A stretch of 64,000 nucleotides of DNA, taken from Pseudogymnoascus verrucosus (taxonomy: Eukaryota). The stretch's first letter is position 1, and each line of letters opens with the position of its first letter. Below the pieces are notes generated by a model. That model was not told the origin of the DNA and searched no databases. It saw nothing but the letters and a program-made list of their open reading frames with translations. Positions 1 to 12,317 of this stretch are shown piece by piece. A program made the position numbers and the translations under genes. The stretch is taken from assembly GCA_001662655.1 (NCBI GenBank), contig KV460208.1; one strand, written 5' to 3'.

Positions 1-1254
1 TCCATCGGCACCAACTCTCCGACTCCCCGGTCACAGACCCGAGTGGCTTGTCCTGCGAGATCGGGACCCGCCTATTATGTGTGGCGACGAAGAACAGACG
101 TGCGTGCGGGGATTGGGGGACGGGGAAGGGGGGATAAGTAAATCCGCTACTCCGCTACTGGGTACATTTGAAGAGTCATCTACCTACAGTTTTCATAATG
201 TAAGTATTGCAAGTATTTCTCCAACCCCCGAAGAAAAGGAAACAGGGAAGAAAAAAAACGTGGCGGGTGTTGTGTGAAGAGTCATCATCATCAACCCAAC
301 CAAGCCAAGGCGAAAAAAGGTTGAAAAGGTGGAAAGGCTTATTGAGTCTCGGCAAGCACTTCGGCTCAGCTGCCCGCCCAGCGACTAAATTCCTAGATGC
401 GGCACTGTTTTCCGCAGCACTTGCACACATCTGCACACTGCACACTGCACTGCACGGCGCAAGTAGCTGAGGTGAGGACAGGTAAGGTAAGGTAAAGCAG
501 AAGCAGGGTAAAGTCACACCGCATCACCATGAAACCCAATCGCACGTGGTGAAGGCGTGCGATTGGGTCTTGTCTTGGATATTTCTATCGTTCTCCGCAT
601 GGAGTCTATAGACGTCAGGTGAGGACGCCTCTCCGCGCTCGGGATGGCTCCATTGACACATCCTCAATGCCGACTACCCGTCTCCGCCTCCAGGCCCATC
701 ATCCCCTCCTCTCAGTTAATCATCTATTCACCACATCAATCCCCCTCCCCCTCCCATCAATCCACCACCACCCACAACCCCCCTTCCCTGCACCTCCCCC
801 CCCCCATCCTCCACGCGAGTGCGGCACCTATCCGCACCCTAGCGTCCCCCTAGTCCCCTCCCCAGCACATAAAAACCATGTTGACTAGCGCGCCCCGAAG
901 GGCGTATCCGCGCTAGAGCGGGGCCGAACTGCGATGAAGTAAGAGAAATTTATAGTAGTGTCGAGGGTGGAGAGCGAGAGGAGGGGGCGGGTATATAGGG
1001 TCGGAGGACGCCGCCGCCGCGAGATTTTGGGGGGGATAAAGGAACAAAGGAACAAAGAAACAAACAAACAAAGAAAGAGAGTTTGTATAGCTTTGTTTAT
1101 TTTTGGATTACACTCGTTTTTTTGGGAGAGGTGAATTTTTTAGAAAGAGGCTTGGCTTTGAATACTGTGCCAAGGCATTTTTTTTATACTTTTTTTACAA
1201 AGAGAAGGGCTTCTAGGGGGAGACTGTGGATTATAGGAGAGTGCATTCTACGTG

Positions 1255-2834
1255 ATGGGTGGTGAGGAGAAGAAAGACACCCAGCTCCACGGCACCACGC
1301 CCGTGGACGAAAAAGTCCTACGAGCTGACCACGACCGTGCCGCCGCAACAGAAGGCATCACCACGTCCCACAATGACTCCTCCACCGACTCCTCCTCCGA
1401 CGCCATAGGTCTCCACATCGTCCCCTCCAAAACCCACAGCCGCATCTCCCGCGACGGCGACAAGCTCTCCTTCCACGACCCCGAAAAAGGCGTCATCAGC
1501 GCCGCCGTCCTCCCCTCCCCCTCGCAGAGCACACGCGCCCTCACCCTCCGCGAGGACGAGAACTTCTACCCCGAGGGCGGCCTTCAGGCATGGCTCGTTG
1601 TGTTCGGATCGCTGTGCTCGCTGCTCGCGGCTCTGGGGGTGATGAATACGCTGGGCTCGTTCCAGGCGTATATTAGCAGGAATCAGTTGAGGGAGTATAG
1701 TGAGGGAGAGATTGGGTGGATTTTTAGCATGTATGCGTGTTTGGCTTTTGGGTTTGGGGTCATTGTTGGGCCGGTTTTTGATAAGCATGGGGCGAGGTGG
1801 TTGATGCTTGTGGGGTCGGCGGGGGTGGTGACGAGTTTGATGCTGTTGAGTGTTTGCGAGAGTACGTTCCCCATTTCTACAGCCCCCCCATTCTATCATC
1901 TTGAACACCACACTAACACCCCACAGCATACTGGCACTTCATGCTCGTCTTCGGCATCCTCGGCGGTGCCTCCACATCTCTCATCTTCGCCCCCGCCATC
2001 GCCTCAATCGGCCACTGGTTCAAAGCCCGCCGCGGCTTCGCCACCGGCATCGGCGCCACCGGCGGCGCCCTGGGAGGCATCGTCTACCCCCTCATGCTGC
2101 AGTACCTCATCCCCCAACTCGGCTGGGCATGGGCAACCCGCTGCCTCGGCTTCCTCTCCATCTTCCTCCTGTCCATCGGCTGCGTCCTCGTCCGCGGCCG
2201 CCTCCCGCCGGAGCACAACAGCAGCGCTAAACCGGACTTGGGGATCTTCCGCGATGGGGTGTTCGCGCTCACTGTTGCGGCGGTGTATTTGCTCGAGTGG
2301 GCGCTGTTTGTGCCGCTGACGTATATCAGTAGTTATGCGTTGCACGCGGGGTTTACTGAGGCTTTCTCGTATCAGTGCCTTATTATACTGAATATTGGGT
2401 CGGTTTTTGGGAGATGGCTGCCGGGGTTTTATGCGGATAAGATTGGAGCCTTCAACACGATGATTCTCACTACCATCCTATCAGTCGTTATGGTGCTCGG
2501 CGTGTGGTTACCAGCTGGGACGACTATGCCGGGGTTAATCATCTTCTGCCTCTTCTTCGGCTTCGCGTCAGGATCGAACATCGGATTGACATCAGTCTGC
2601 ATCGGCAAGCTCTGCCGCACCGAGAACCTGGGCCGCTACTTCGCCACCTGCTACACCATCGTGAGCATCGGGTGCCTTACTGGGATTCCCATCGCCGGTG
2701 AGATCGTCAAGGCGAACCACGGCGAGTATTGGGGCCTGATGACGTTTACGGGGGTGTGTTATGCCGGTGGGCTGGCGGCGTTTATTGTGGTCAGGATCAT
2801 TAAGGTGGGGTGGGATGTTAAGGCTGTTTATTAG
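1255..2834 (+). CDS. MFS transporter, monocarboxylate porter (MCH4/MCH5-like) family; exons 1255-1861 and 1927-2834
   Basis: YPEGGLQAWLVVFG and GPVFDKHGAR motifs, many hydrophobic helices. Intron GTACGT(1862)..CTAAC..CAG(1926) joins the two ORFs in frame (CET-YWHFML). Confidence 0.9.
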
Positions 2835-3327
2835 GAGGGAAAGACGGCTGTTGCTTTTGGTTTATTGGGAAAAAGAGGGTTTTGGGGCGCAGATGCTGGG
2901 AGGATCGGCAGTGGCATGAGCATGGCGTTTATTGGATATTGGCATTTTTTTGGGTGGCATGTTTGGATTGGGTTTTTGGCTTGGATGGTCTTATTGAAGC
3001 TATAACTTCTGACTCATAGCGAGGTGCCTACTTCTGGGTAGTTAATTCAATTAAGAGATTAATAATAATTATCTTATGGGTATCACAAGGCAGCAGTCGT
3101 GAGTGTCGTCGGTTTTGAGGATTGCAGTAGGCACACCATGCAAACACAACAAACACAACAATCTAGTCATTCAGTATGAGCAAACACTGCAAATATTCGC
3201 TAGCGCCTGTCTCATCCACCAACTTTCCCCCGATAAGCAACCCACTGTACCTGCCAAACCCTCCCCCCGCTCACCTATAAAACCCCTCCACCCGCCATTC
3301 TCACATCCCCTTTCTTCCCTTTCTCTC

Positions 3328-3520
3328 CAGCTTCCTTTGCCATAATGGCTTAGATCAAGTGTAGTATCTGTTCTTTTCAGTTTAATCTCTGAAACTGTCC
3401 GCACTGGACAAAAACGCGATTAATCCAATTTTTACAACGCGATCCTGGGACGCGCTGGGGGCTTGCCCTCACCGTCCTGGGATAGGGTGTCTCTGGTATC
3501 ACACTGCTTCCAGATGATGC
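3328..3520 (+). ncRNA. U2: U2 spliceosomal snRNA (ends approximate)
   Basis: Contains GGCTTAGATCAAGTGTAGTATCTGTTCTTTTCAGTTTAATCTCTGAAA, i.e. the branch-site recognition GTAGTA plus stem IIa. U-rich Sm-like site near 3427, TATAAAA at about 3276. Confidence 0.92.
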
Positions 3521-4128
3521 GAAATGGGCGCTGAATTCTTCGTTTTCATTGGGGCGTCGCCTGTGGCGGTGTCGCGAGGAAGAGTGAGGGCTGATTTGAG
3601 TATTCGTGGGGTCCATGGATTATATGAAGTGAAGTTCGAGATAGCGAGATTATGAAAACCCGAGGCGCTGTGGCGGAGTACCTGAGTTGATACGCGCCCA
3701 CGTTCCCCTCCATTCACGTGGTGGCGAAGCTTCTCGTGGCAGGCATGGGGGAACTGGGAACAGCAAACTCAAGCGAATATCTTGGCCGTAGCACAGTATA
3801 GTTCTGCATCAAGGCATCTTTGGCCTTTGGCCGTCAACCTCCAATAGGTCAATCGCGCTGCATTTCTTCCGTGCATGGATGGTTATGAACAAGGTACGTT
3901 CCGTGGTGGAGGCGCCGCGCACCCCCCTCAAATCAAAGGTGACAAGGCGTCCAGGAACCTGTGTGGGGGTGTCTCTCTCTCCCGAAAGCTACGGCATTGT
4001 ACCAGAGTCTAAATGACTCGGACTTTTTGGTTATGGGGGATCAAGTATAATATATAACCGTGTCTCTCTTCGATGACGAGTTCCCGTGCGATTTTGAATC
4101 ATAGCATATTTTATCACGATATACAACG

Positions 4129-5465
4129 ATGAGCTTCGGCGTTGGTATCGGGGACATCATCCTCCTCGGCACCCTAACCTGGAAGCTGTACAAGAACTGC
4201 AAAGAGTCGTCGGCAGAATTCAATCGCATCTCCAGCGAAGTCGCATCGCTGCACGTCGTCATCAAGGAGACGGAGGAGTACGTCAGTGAGACTGAAGGCC
4301 TCAGCCCGTCGCGGGATGCGAGACTCACGATCCTGATCGATGGGTGTAAGGAGGTACTTACCGAGCTGGAGAGTCTGCTGAATAACTACGAGAGTCTGGG
4401 GACGCAGGCGCAGCGGTCGTGGGATCGTGTGAGGTGGGGGTTGGAGGAGTTGGCGGATGTGAGGTCGAGGATTATTTCGAATACTAGTCTACTTACTGCG
4501 TTTAATAGCAGTCTGGCGAAGTATGTTTCTCCATAATCTGATGGAACTGGACATAGTTAACGTTGTGGGACAGTTCTTCAACCGCGAGGATCGAAAAGCG
4601 ACTCAATAAATTCATCGAGGAAGTTCGAGCCGGCCTCCGCGAAGGCTCCGTTGTTACATCTTCAGGCGTCACGGAATCCATCGATACCGAGGATGTATGG
4701 CTCCTCCTGCGCCGCGAACTGGAGGATGTAGGTATATCCGCCTCAGTCGTGGAAGAACACCACATGTACATCAGCAACTGGCTGAAGGCGGCGATTTCAA
4801 ACGGCATGCTCGAGGAAATGGATAACAGCTCGCGACGGTCGGCAGTAGCCGGTTCGTTTGACTCGGGGTACGCTGGTTCGATTGGAGGGACGTCCATTGG
4901 TGAGGCTTCTATTGGTGGCACGTCGACAGCGCCGAGTATGCCTTCCATCACTGTTGCGAACGAGGAGTTCGCGGCGGAATTATCAAGGCATCCTTCGCGG
5001 ATTAATCCTGATAGTTCTACGGCGTATGTTAGAACTGATCTTAGGGTTAGAAGGGCCTCGAGTGTGTCGTCCGTGCTGTTCAAGATGTTCAAGAAGGAGA
5101 CCGCGATTATTGAGGCAGCTAGCGATGGAGATATCTCCAAAGTGGCCAAGTTGATTAGCGCGGGCGCGAATGTGAATGCTAGGGATCGATGGGGTGTAAG
5201 TTTTATCTTCTCATGCTTGTAATATTTTGCTGATATGGTGTAGTGGTCCGCTCTGAGTATGTGTGGATACGGTGGTCATGTTGAAATTTGCCGCTTATTA
5301 CTCGATCACGGTGCGGATCTGAATAATATGGATGTAGATGGAGACACGCCGGAGAGCCTCGCGACAAACAGAGGCCATGCAAATGTTGTGATTATGTTGG
5401 ACGAGGAGAGGGCTGCGAGGGATTTGAAAGTGCGGGAAGCGGATAATGATAAACCTCGAAGGTAA
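4129..5465 (+). CDS. Ankyrin-repeat protein with fungal STAND-type (HeLo-like/SesA-like) helical N-terminal domain; exons 4129-4520, 4574-5195, 5244-~5465 (possible short extra exon to ~5523)
   Basis: MSFGVGIGDIILLGTLTWKLYKNC N-terminus. ANK motifs LISAGANVNARDRWGWSAL and LLDHGADLNNMDVDGDTP. Canonical introns restore the frame. Confidence 0.8.
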
Positions 5466-6090
5466 GATAACTCGCCTTATAACAATCGCTTGAAATACTG
5501 ACAGATGAAGTGTGGAGGAGTGATTTTGACGCTTTTTAAACGGCGAGATGGAGTTTATTATGGAGTTGAGGATCTTCTAAGGAATATAGACGGTACTGTT
5601 AGGAGTTTGCAATTCACCTTGGAGCGGGCGCGTTGGTAAAGGAAAGAGCGGGAGGAAGTTGGAATAAGCTATAAGGCCGTTCCCGCGTAGTCTCCATATT
5701 TACTAGAATGACATAAATGCACGCATCATGATCAGAAATGACCTCTCCTTCCAAACCACCTGCCATTAACGGCAAAATTGATTACGGATCGTGAGGCAAT
5801 TATGAGGCGTATTGATTGACTGCATATATATCTGAACCTTGCAATCTGCCTTGCAGCTCCAAGCGTTGGGCTTCGCCCGCCCGTCTCCCAAGAAGCGGGT
5901 TGTTGACGTGGGGCTAGCGAGCTGGCCCCTCATGCCGCTCGTCACATTGCACAGGCATCGCACGATTGAGAAAAAATAAATACCCAGAGACAACATCGCT
6001 CCCTCCCAACTCCTCAAGTTCTATCATCCTTGTGTAATATTTGGTTACTTGCACTTTACTACAACTCATCATCTGTGTAGAATAGCCGAT

Positions 6091-7835
6091 ATGAGTGACC
6101 AAAAGGAGAAGCCGTCGACACTTGCTAGTGGTGATATGAGTGACCCCCCTCATATCTGCATTATTGGTGCTGGTATATCTGGGCTGCGAGCTGCGGATGT
6201 GCTCCTCCAAAAGGGCTATAAGGTGACGATACTAGAGGCGAGGGATCGAATTGGTGGGAGAGTAGGTTTATGGACCGATGGGCTAGGTGTTCTTGTTGCA
6301 TGTGCTGACAATGCTTGCAGATATGCCAGAGTGATAAACTGGGATATACTGTGGATATGTATGTGGCACTTATAAATCGCTAGTTGACATAAAGCTGACA
6401 TTTTTCAAGTGGACCAAATTGGATTGCAAGCTGCTTCCTTTCCACTTCCCTCGTACCTGTCTAACGTTGGATTTTATAGCACGCCACTGGCGACAAACAC
6501 CCAATCCGTGATCTGGCAATAGAAACGAACACGTCCCTGCACCACTGGAACAACAAGCAAAACATTTTTACGTCTGATGGGAAACTTCTTCCGGCCGAGA
6601 AGTCCGCTGAACTCTCAACACTGCTATGGGATATCATAGAAGAAGCGTTTGCATACAGCGCGAAGAATGGTAAATCGATACCAGAAACCGCAAGTCTGTA
6701 CGACTTCATTGAATCTACTGTCAAGGAGAAGCTCCCGGATCGGCTCGAGGACCAGAAGCTGATCTTGAGCATGAGTGAAATGTGGGGTGCCTACGTAGGC
6801 CACCCTGTCACGAGGCAGAGTCTGCGGTTTTCTTGGATGGAGGAGTGTTGTGGCGGTGGTAAGTCAACAAATCGCTTCCGGTTGATGGTGCCTAATTCTT
6901 CCAGACGAGACGTTCATTGAAACGACATACGAGGCCATCCTGGACAGGATAGCCAAGCTGCCTCGCGAGAAGGCAGACATTCGGCTTGGATCGAGGGTAA
7001 TGAAAGTTGTAACGCCGACAGACCGATTCTCTGGTGCGATAAAGGTGGCGACCATGAAAGCGGAGGTTGTCGAGTGTGATGAAATTATCTGTACTGTACC
7101 GCTTGGATGCCTGCAGGAGGTTAAAGAGAGAGGCTTTTATCCACGCTTGCCGCAGAAGATATGTGATGCAATGGACAATATTTCCATTGGTCGCCTCGAA
7201 AAGGTTTGCACGCTTTCCATTCGTCCTCTCACACACTGACGTCTTTGTAGGTATACATTACATTTCCTTCCGCATTCTGGACTGTAAACCAAGAAGATAA
7301 TTTTGCGGGGTACACCAACTGGCTATCACCCAAATACGCACCAGATACGAACCCCGAGTGCTGGCCACAAGAAATCTGGAACCTCGCTGCCTTCTCACCC
7401 GAAAATCGGCGCCCGACACTACTCTTCTACCTCTATGGCGACTGTTCAAGACACATCGTGAAACTTACCTTCGATAGGTCCACGGAGGAGCGCCATGCTG
7501 CACTAGACGCCTTTTTCCGCCCTTACTATTCTCTGCTCCCCAACTTCTCGGCCGACGACGAGAATTGCAAGCCCAAGGCTATTTTGAGCACCGAGTGGCA
7601 GATGGATGATCTTGCTGGGTATGGAAGCTACTGTAATTTCCAGGTGGGGATCAAGGACGCGGATGAGGATGTCAAGACGATCAGACACGGGGTCCCTGAG
7701 AGGAGATTGTGGTTTGCTGGGGAGCATACTGCACCATTTGAGGAGCTGGGGACGGCTGCGGGGGCGTATATGAGTGGCGAGGCTGTGGCGTTGAGGATTT
7801 TTGACGAGTATTTGGCGGAGAAAGAGAGGTATTAA
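6091..7835 (+). CDS. Flavin-containing amine oxidase (polyamine oxidase / Fms1-like), multi-exon
   Basis: [23 protein letters not shown]-binding motif, GPNWIH, TVPLGCL and C-terminal [16 protein letters not shown]. About 5 introns, including one GC-AG intron at 6426-6479. Confidence 0.9.
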
Positions 7836-8026
7836 AAATAAGTTGGCAGGATATAAAGTTGGTTAAACTTAAATATTCACATCTAGAAATTATATCCCGA
7901 ATGTTCACAAACACAACGCGTGACTTTAAAGTAAAAATCTTCCATAATCATAAGCAGCTTGCTAAATTGGCTAACACCAGACACTACCTCTCCCTTCAAA
8001 TCCTCCCGTTAATACACCACACCCGT

Positions 8027-8692
8027 TCAAAAGGGCGGCCTAGTAGGACACGGCACATGTAGCGTCTGATACTCCGTCCAACACCCCGGACACTTCCCAT
8101 CACACTCCGTCACCGTGGAAACTCCCGAGCAATCACACCCCATAGTCAGCGTCTCAAGATACACACAATCCGGCACCATACACCCCGAAATGCTCGGACA
8201 AGCCGGCGGCACTGTCGACGTGACAACTGCACAGGGCGGCGGCGGAGGCGGAGGCGTAGTCGTACAGCCCGTTGCCATAGCTACCGCTGTCGGTATGATG
8301 CAACCGGGACAGCAGCCGGTAGGCTCATAGACGGTGGGAACGATGGATGGGCAGCCGCAGGGTTGTATTTCCTGGTAGGCGATTGCGGGACAGGCGATTA
8401 TGGGGCAGGTTTGGTGAGGGTCGCAGGTCGCGGCGGTGGTGGTGCTGGTTATTGTGACGCATTTGGTGGGGGGTCCTCCAGTGGAAGCTGTGGCGGTTGG
8501 GTGTGTGGTGGTTGGGCATTGATTTACGGTTGTGTAGACTGTGACTGGGGGCTTTTGAGCGGTAATTGGGGTGAGGAGGAGGCTGTGAGAGAGGATGTTT
8601 TGTTAGATGAGAGTTTGATCTTGATATTGGAGGATTACTCACGCTATGGCAAGGCATAGTGCCGAGGAGAGGCTGAGACGTGATACCGCCAT
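8027..8692 (-). CDS. Secreted Cys/Thr/Pro-rich protein (~200 aa), unknown function; exons 8692-8643 and 8582-8027
   Basis: Splicing GTGAGT(8642)..CTAAC..CAG(8583) gives the signal peptide MAVSRLSLSSALCLAIALLLTPITA, then an open frame with two related Cys-rich modules (CVTIT..CPIIACP..CGCP..CCPGC and CAVVT..CMVPDC..GCDC..KCPGC). Confidence 0.75.
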
Positions 8693-9762
8693 TGCCTTGG
8701 ATGAGGGATTTGTGTCTGTGAAAGCGTAAAGAGTGACTTTAGTTGGTTCTTTTGGTAACTTTGAAGATCTGATATCACTTTGGGTCAAGAAACAAACGGA
8801 ACGAGAAATGAGAAAAAGCAAGACTCTTATATCTTCGCCAAGTACCCGCGTACCATGCCCCTCGTATTGCCCTCGTCACACGCGCCGCCGACATCGCGGG
8901 CTGAGAGCCCTCATACGAGAATCTAGGATACCAAGCCAAATGAATAGGAAAAGAGCGGCCGTGGCTCAAATGAAGTATCCTGGTTGGCGGCCACCTACAG
9001 TAGTGCCGTTATTATAAGAAAAGCAGGCTAAAAGCTCGTATCCCCGCATTCCTCTGCACACTGACGTTACATTAAGCATAAGAGCGAACTACTGAGTAGA
9101 ACCCTAAATCCTTTTCAATGGGACCAGGTGAGTCTCATTACTTCTGCGATATGGGTCCTTTAGTATGACTAGAATTCGTTGAAGTCGGATTCAGACCAAA
9201 TACCATTTCGTTTGCCAAAAATGTCTCGTTATTGCCATTTCTAGAAAATATGAATTCCCATATTGCCAATGTATCTATGCGCTCCTGCATCTTGGCTTGA
9301 CACGGCTGGGCGGTGCATCCATTGGCCGGCTTACAGGAGGGGAAGTTTTCAGCTCATGGTCTGTTCGCAGGCGTCCGTATTTGAATCTTGCATGGAGGTT
9401 TATGCAAGTAATATCTCTATATGAGGACGGAGTATTTAGGCTAGAGCCATATTGAATCTTATGAACAGCACATGGCGAACATCGGACAAGATATCGATCT
9501 TGTTCTTGACGATGGAAGGAGGTCAGGTCTTTGGAGTTGTTGACAGGTCCCGAGGATTAGCCGATGGGCTACATATATGAACACGTGATGAATATATTGT
9601 AGTTTGAGTCTTCGAAGCATCGAAAAATATAATATTCTATACAGAATTGGCCGCCTTCAGTAATTTATTTGGCATTATTGTGATTATCATCTATTCATAA
9701 TATAAACAGAACCCAATCAAAATTCTCTGTCCACCCTACCCGGCCAGACTAACTCACCCATC

Positions 9763-10691
9763 ATGTCCTATCCAGTCTCGGACGCGTTCATGGACGCCCA
9801 GATCTTCGAAGACCTGCAGAGCTCCATTGATGCGGACGCTGAAGTGCGTGAGCAAATCAAGACCATCCTCCAGAAGCTCGAGAGACAGGGCCGTTCTGTC
9901 CACTCCATCCTCTCTAGAGCTCACTCCACGCCTCCAGCTCAGCGTGAGTTTGTTCTGTTCCCAGCTCTGAGGTTCAACTGACTGAGAACTTGCAGTGCAA
10001 CCTGTGATTGAAGCCGCTGAGGCAGCTATCAGGAGTGAGGTTGAGAGCGTGGGGGAGCTATCTAAGGTGGCCAGTAAATTCCCGTACTACAAGTATGTAT
10101 TATCACGTGGTGCGACGTGTTCGGGCCAGACAGAGTTGACGAGGATATAGGTATAATGCCATGTGGACGAAGGATATCCAGAATGTCATCTTTGCGATCC
10201 TCCTGTGTGGATGGTTGGGTGGTATGGCAACGAAATCGAAGCCCGCTGAAGCAGGCAGACTCCTCACAATCGATGAAGTTGGCGATGTTCTTGGTGGTGA
10301 GTTTACGCAGGCATATTGTTGTCTACATGGCAATTTACTAGATTTCTACAGCATATACTAACTCTACCTAGTCCCTGTAAACCTCAAGGACGAAGACTCC
10401 TTCCACATCACCATTGAGGAGTACCTCCACTCCCTCATCAGCTTGATCGAGGAGCTCGCGCGCCTTGCGACCAACTCCGTCACCCTGGGTGACTTCGCAC
10501 GCCCGCTTGCGATCAGCAAGTTTGTCAAGGACTTGTTTGCCGGCTTCCAGCTGCTGAACCTCAAGAATGACTCTCTGAGGCGGAGGAGTGATAGCATTAA
10601 ATATCAGGTCAAGAAGATCGAGGATGTTGTTTATGATTTGTCCTTGAGGGGCCTGGTGCCAAAGGCTCGAGATAGCCCAAAAAATAGCTAG
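9763..10691 (+). CDS. TSN1: Translin, 4 exons
   Basis: IFEDLQSSID..VREQIK, FHITIEEYLHSLISLIEELARLATNSVTLGD, FQLLNLKNDSLRRRSDSIKYQVKKIEDVVYDLSLRGL. Confidence 0.92.
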
Positions 10692-10965
10692 ATGGGAGAC
10701 TGGCTGATGAAACTATATAAATAATGCCCAAAATATGAAATTTAGAATTGTTGAAATGCGAAATGTGGTGAGGCAATAATCTGATATCGGATGATGATGC
10801 CAAGGCCTACGGCGGACCTACCCCTGCAAGAAAGTCTCGCGCCTCGCTTCAATCCGTAACAACGTAGTCGCGGATAACCCTTGACGCAACGACGAGTCTC
10901 CTCCAGGAACACCATCAACCCGGCATCCTTCATAAAGCTGCCCTGCCAGGCAATCGCTTTCAGCA

Positions 10966-11844
10966 ATGCCTTCAACAACACCCCCCACCGCCGTTGCGAA
11001 ACCCCCACCATCCCCAGCAGCCCCTGCGACGCCCGCCCCAACCTCTACCTCAACCTCCCCTCCACCCACAACAGCGATCTACAAGCTCAACACCCCCCTC
11101 TCCCACGTCTATACGCACGTCCACACGCCCCTCCTCCTATCGACCGTCTTCTTCAGCCTGCCCCGCCTCGTCGCCGACCCTATAACCTCCCTCACCTACG
11201 GCGCTGCGGGGCTCGCCCTCATCCAGAGCGCATACTGCGCCATCTGTCTGCAACCCGCCCTCGGTGGCACAGCCACGAAGAAGAAGAAGAAGAAGCCGAA
11301 GGCCAAGACTGGGCCGCCGGGAATACAGGCCAAGAAGGAGGAGGAGAACGAGTGGTTCGGTCCTGCGCTTGATATTGTCTACGTACGTCTTCTACTCCCC
11401 CGAGATACCAAAAGTCCACACAACTAACAGCTCCCTCTACAGCGCCTCGCCTTCTCCCTCATCCTTACAATCCTCTCCGCCGCCCCCGTATTCTTAGCCA
11501 CCATCCTTCTCGGCGCACCACTAACCACGCACCTCCCGCACACCACCCTCCTGACCCTTCACATCGCCTTCCTGGCCCTCTTCCCGCTCTTCTATGCCCG
11601 TCCCCTATCATCCAGACACTGGCTTGAGATCCTATCCCTCACCGCGCCGCTGGATGAGGTCTTTGGCTCTGCGGCTGGAACGCTGATTGGCTCGTGGATC
11701 GGCGCGATTCCAATCCCACTGGATTGGGATAGGCCGTGGCAGGCGTGGCCGATTACTGTTGCGGTAGGCGCGTATGTGGGGTGGGGAGTTGGAAGGCAGG
11801 CTGGGGTTTTGGTTGCTGGGAGGTGGAGAGGGAAGTGGGACTGA
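10966..11844 (+). CDS. GPI11: GPI anchor biosynthesis protein Gpi11 (PIG-F); exons 10966-11382 and 11443-11844
   Basis: Exon 2 encodes LLGAPLT and GSWIGAIPIPLDWDRPWQAWPI, the PIG-F signature. Confidence 0.92.
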
Positions 11845-12317
11845 AGAGGTGTGGGAAGCTATGAGCAGTGTTGAGAGAAATTCTGTGACCACAGATGGCG
11901 CACACTGGCGGTTGGTCTCACAAGTCCCTGGATACGCCAATAATCGCATGATATGCCGTCCTTTATAATTTCAAAGGGGAATGCGGAAGAGGTTCGGATT
12001 CTGCCCAGAAAAAACACACAGCAATGTCTACAGAGAGCGTTTTGACGAGTTGTAATGTAATAGAGGGATATGGGAAGCCCCAGAATGTTGGGAGCTTAGA
12101 ATTTTGTATATATGTAATGCATGAATTGTATTCACCCAAATCACATGAATGATCACACTGGTACGTGAAGCAAGGCAAACAAAATACAGAACATAAACTT
12201 TGGTATCATTCCTACCATAATCGTACCGCTACTCCACTAAACGCCTTCCTGGGCGCCATCAGAAATACCCACACCCAACATTTGTATCATGCACCTCACA
12301 AATCCCACTATAACACT

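Noticed and set aside
420..500. CTGCACA and GGTAA short repeats
   Set aside because: Ordinary microsatellite-like slippage with few copies.
9100..9700. Possible gene relic between the Cys-rich gene and translin
   Set aside because: Only short ORFs of about 50 aa with no recognisable motif.
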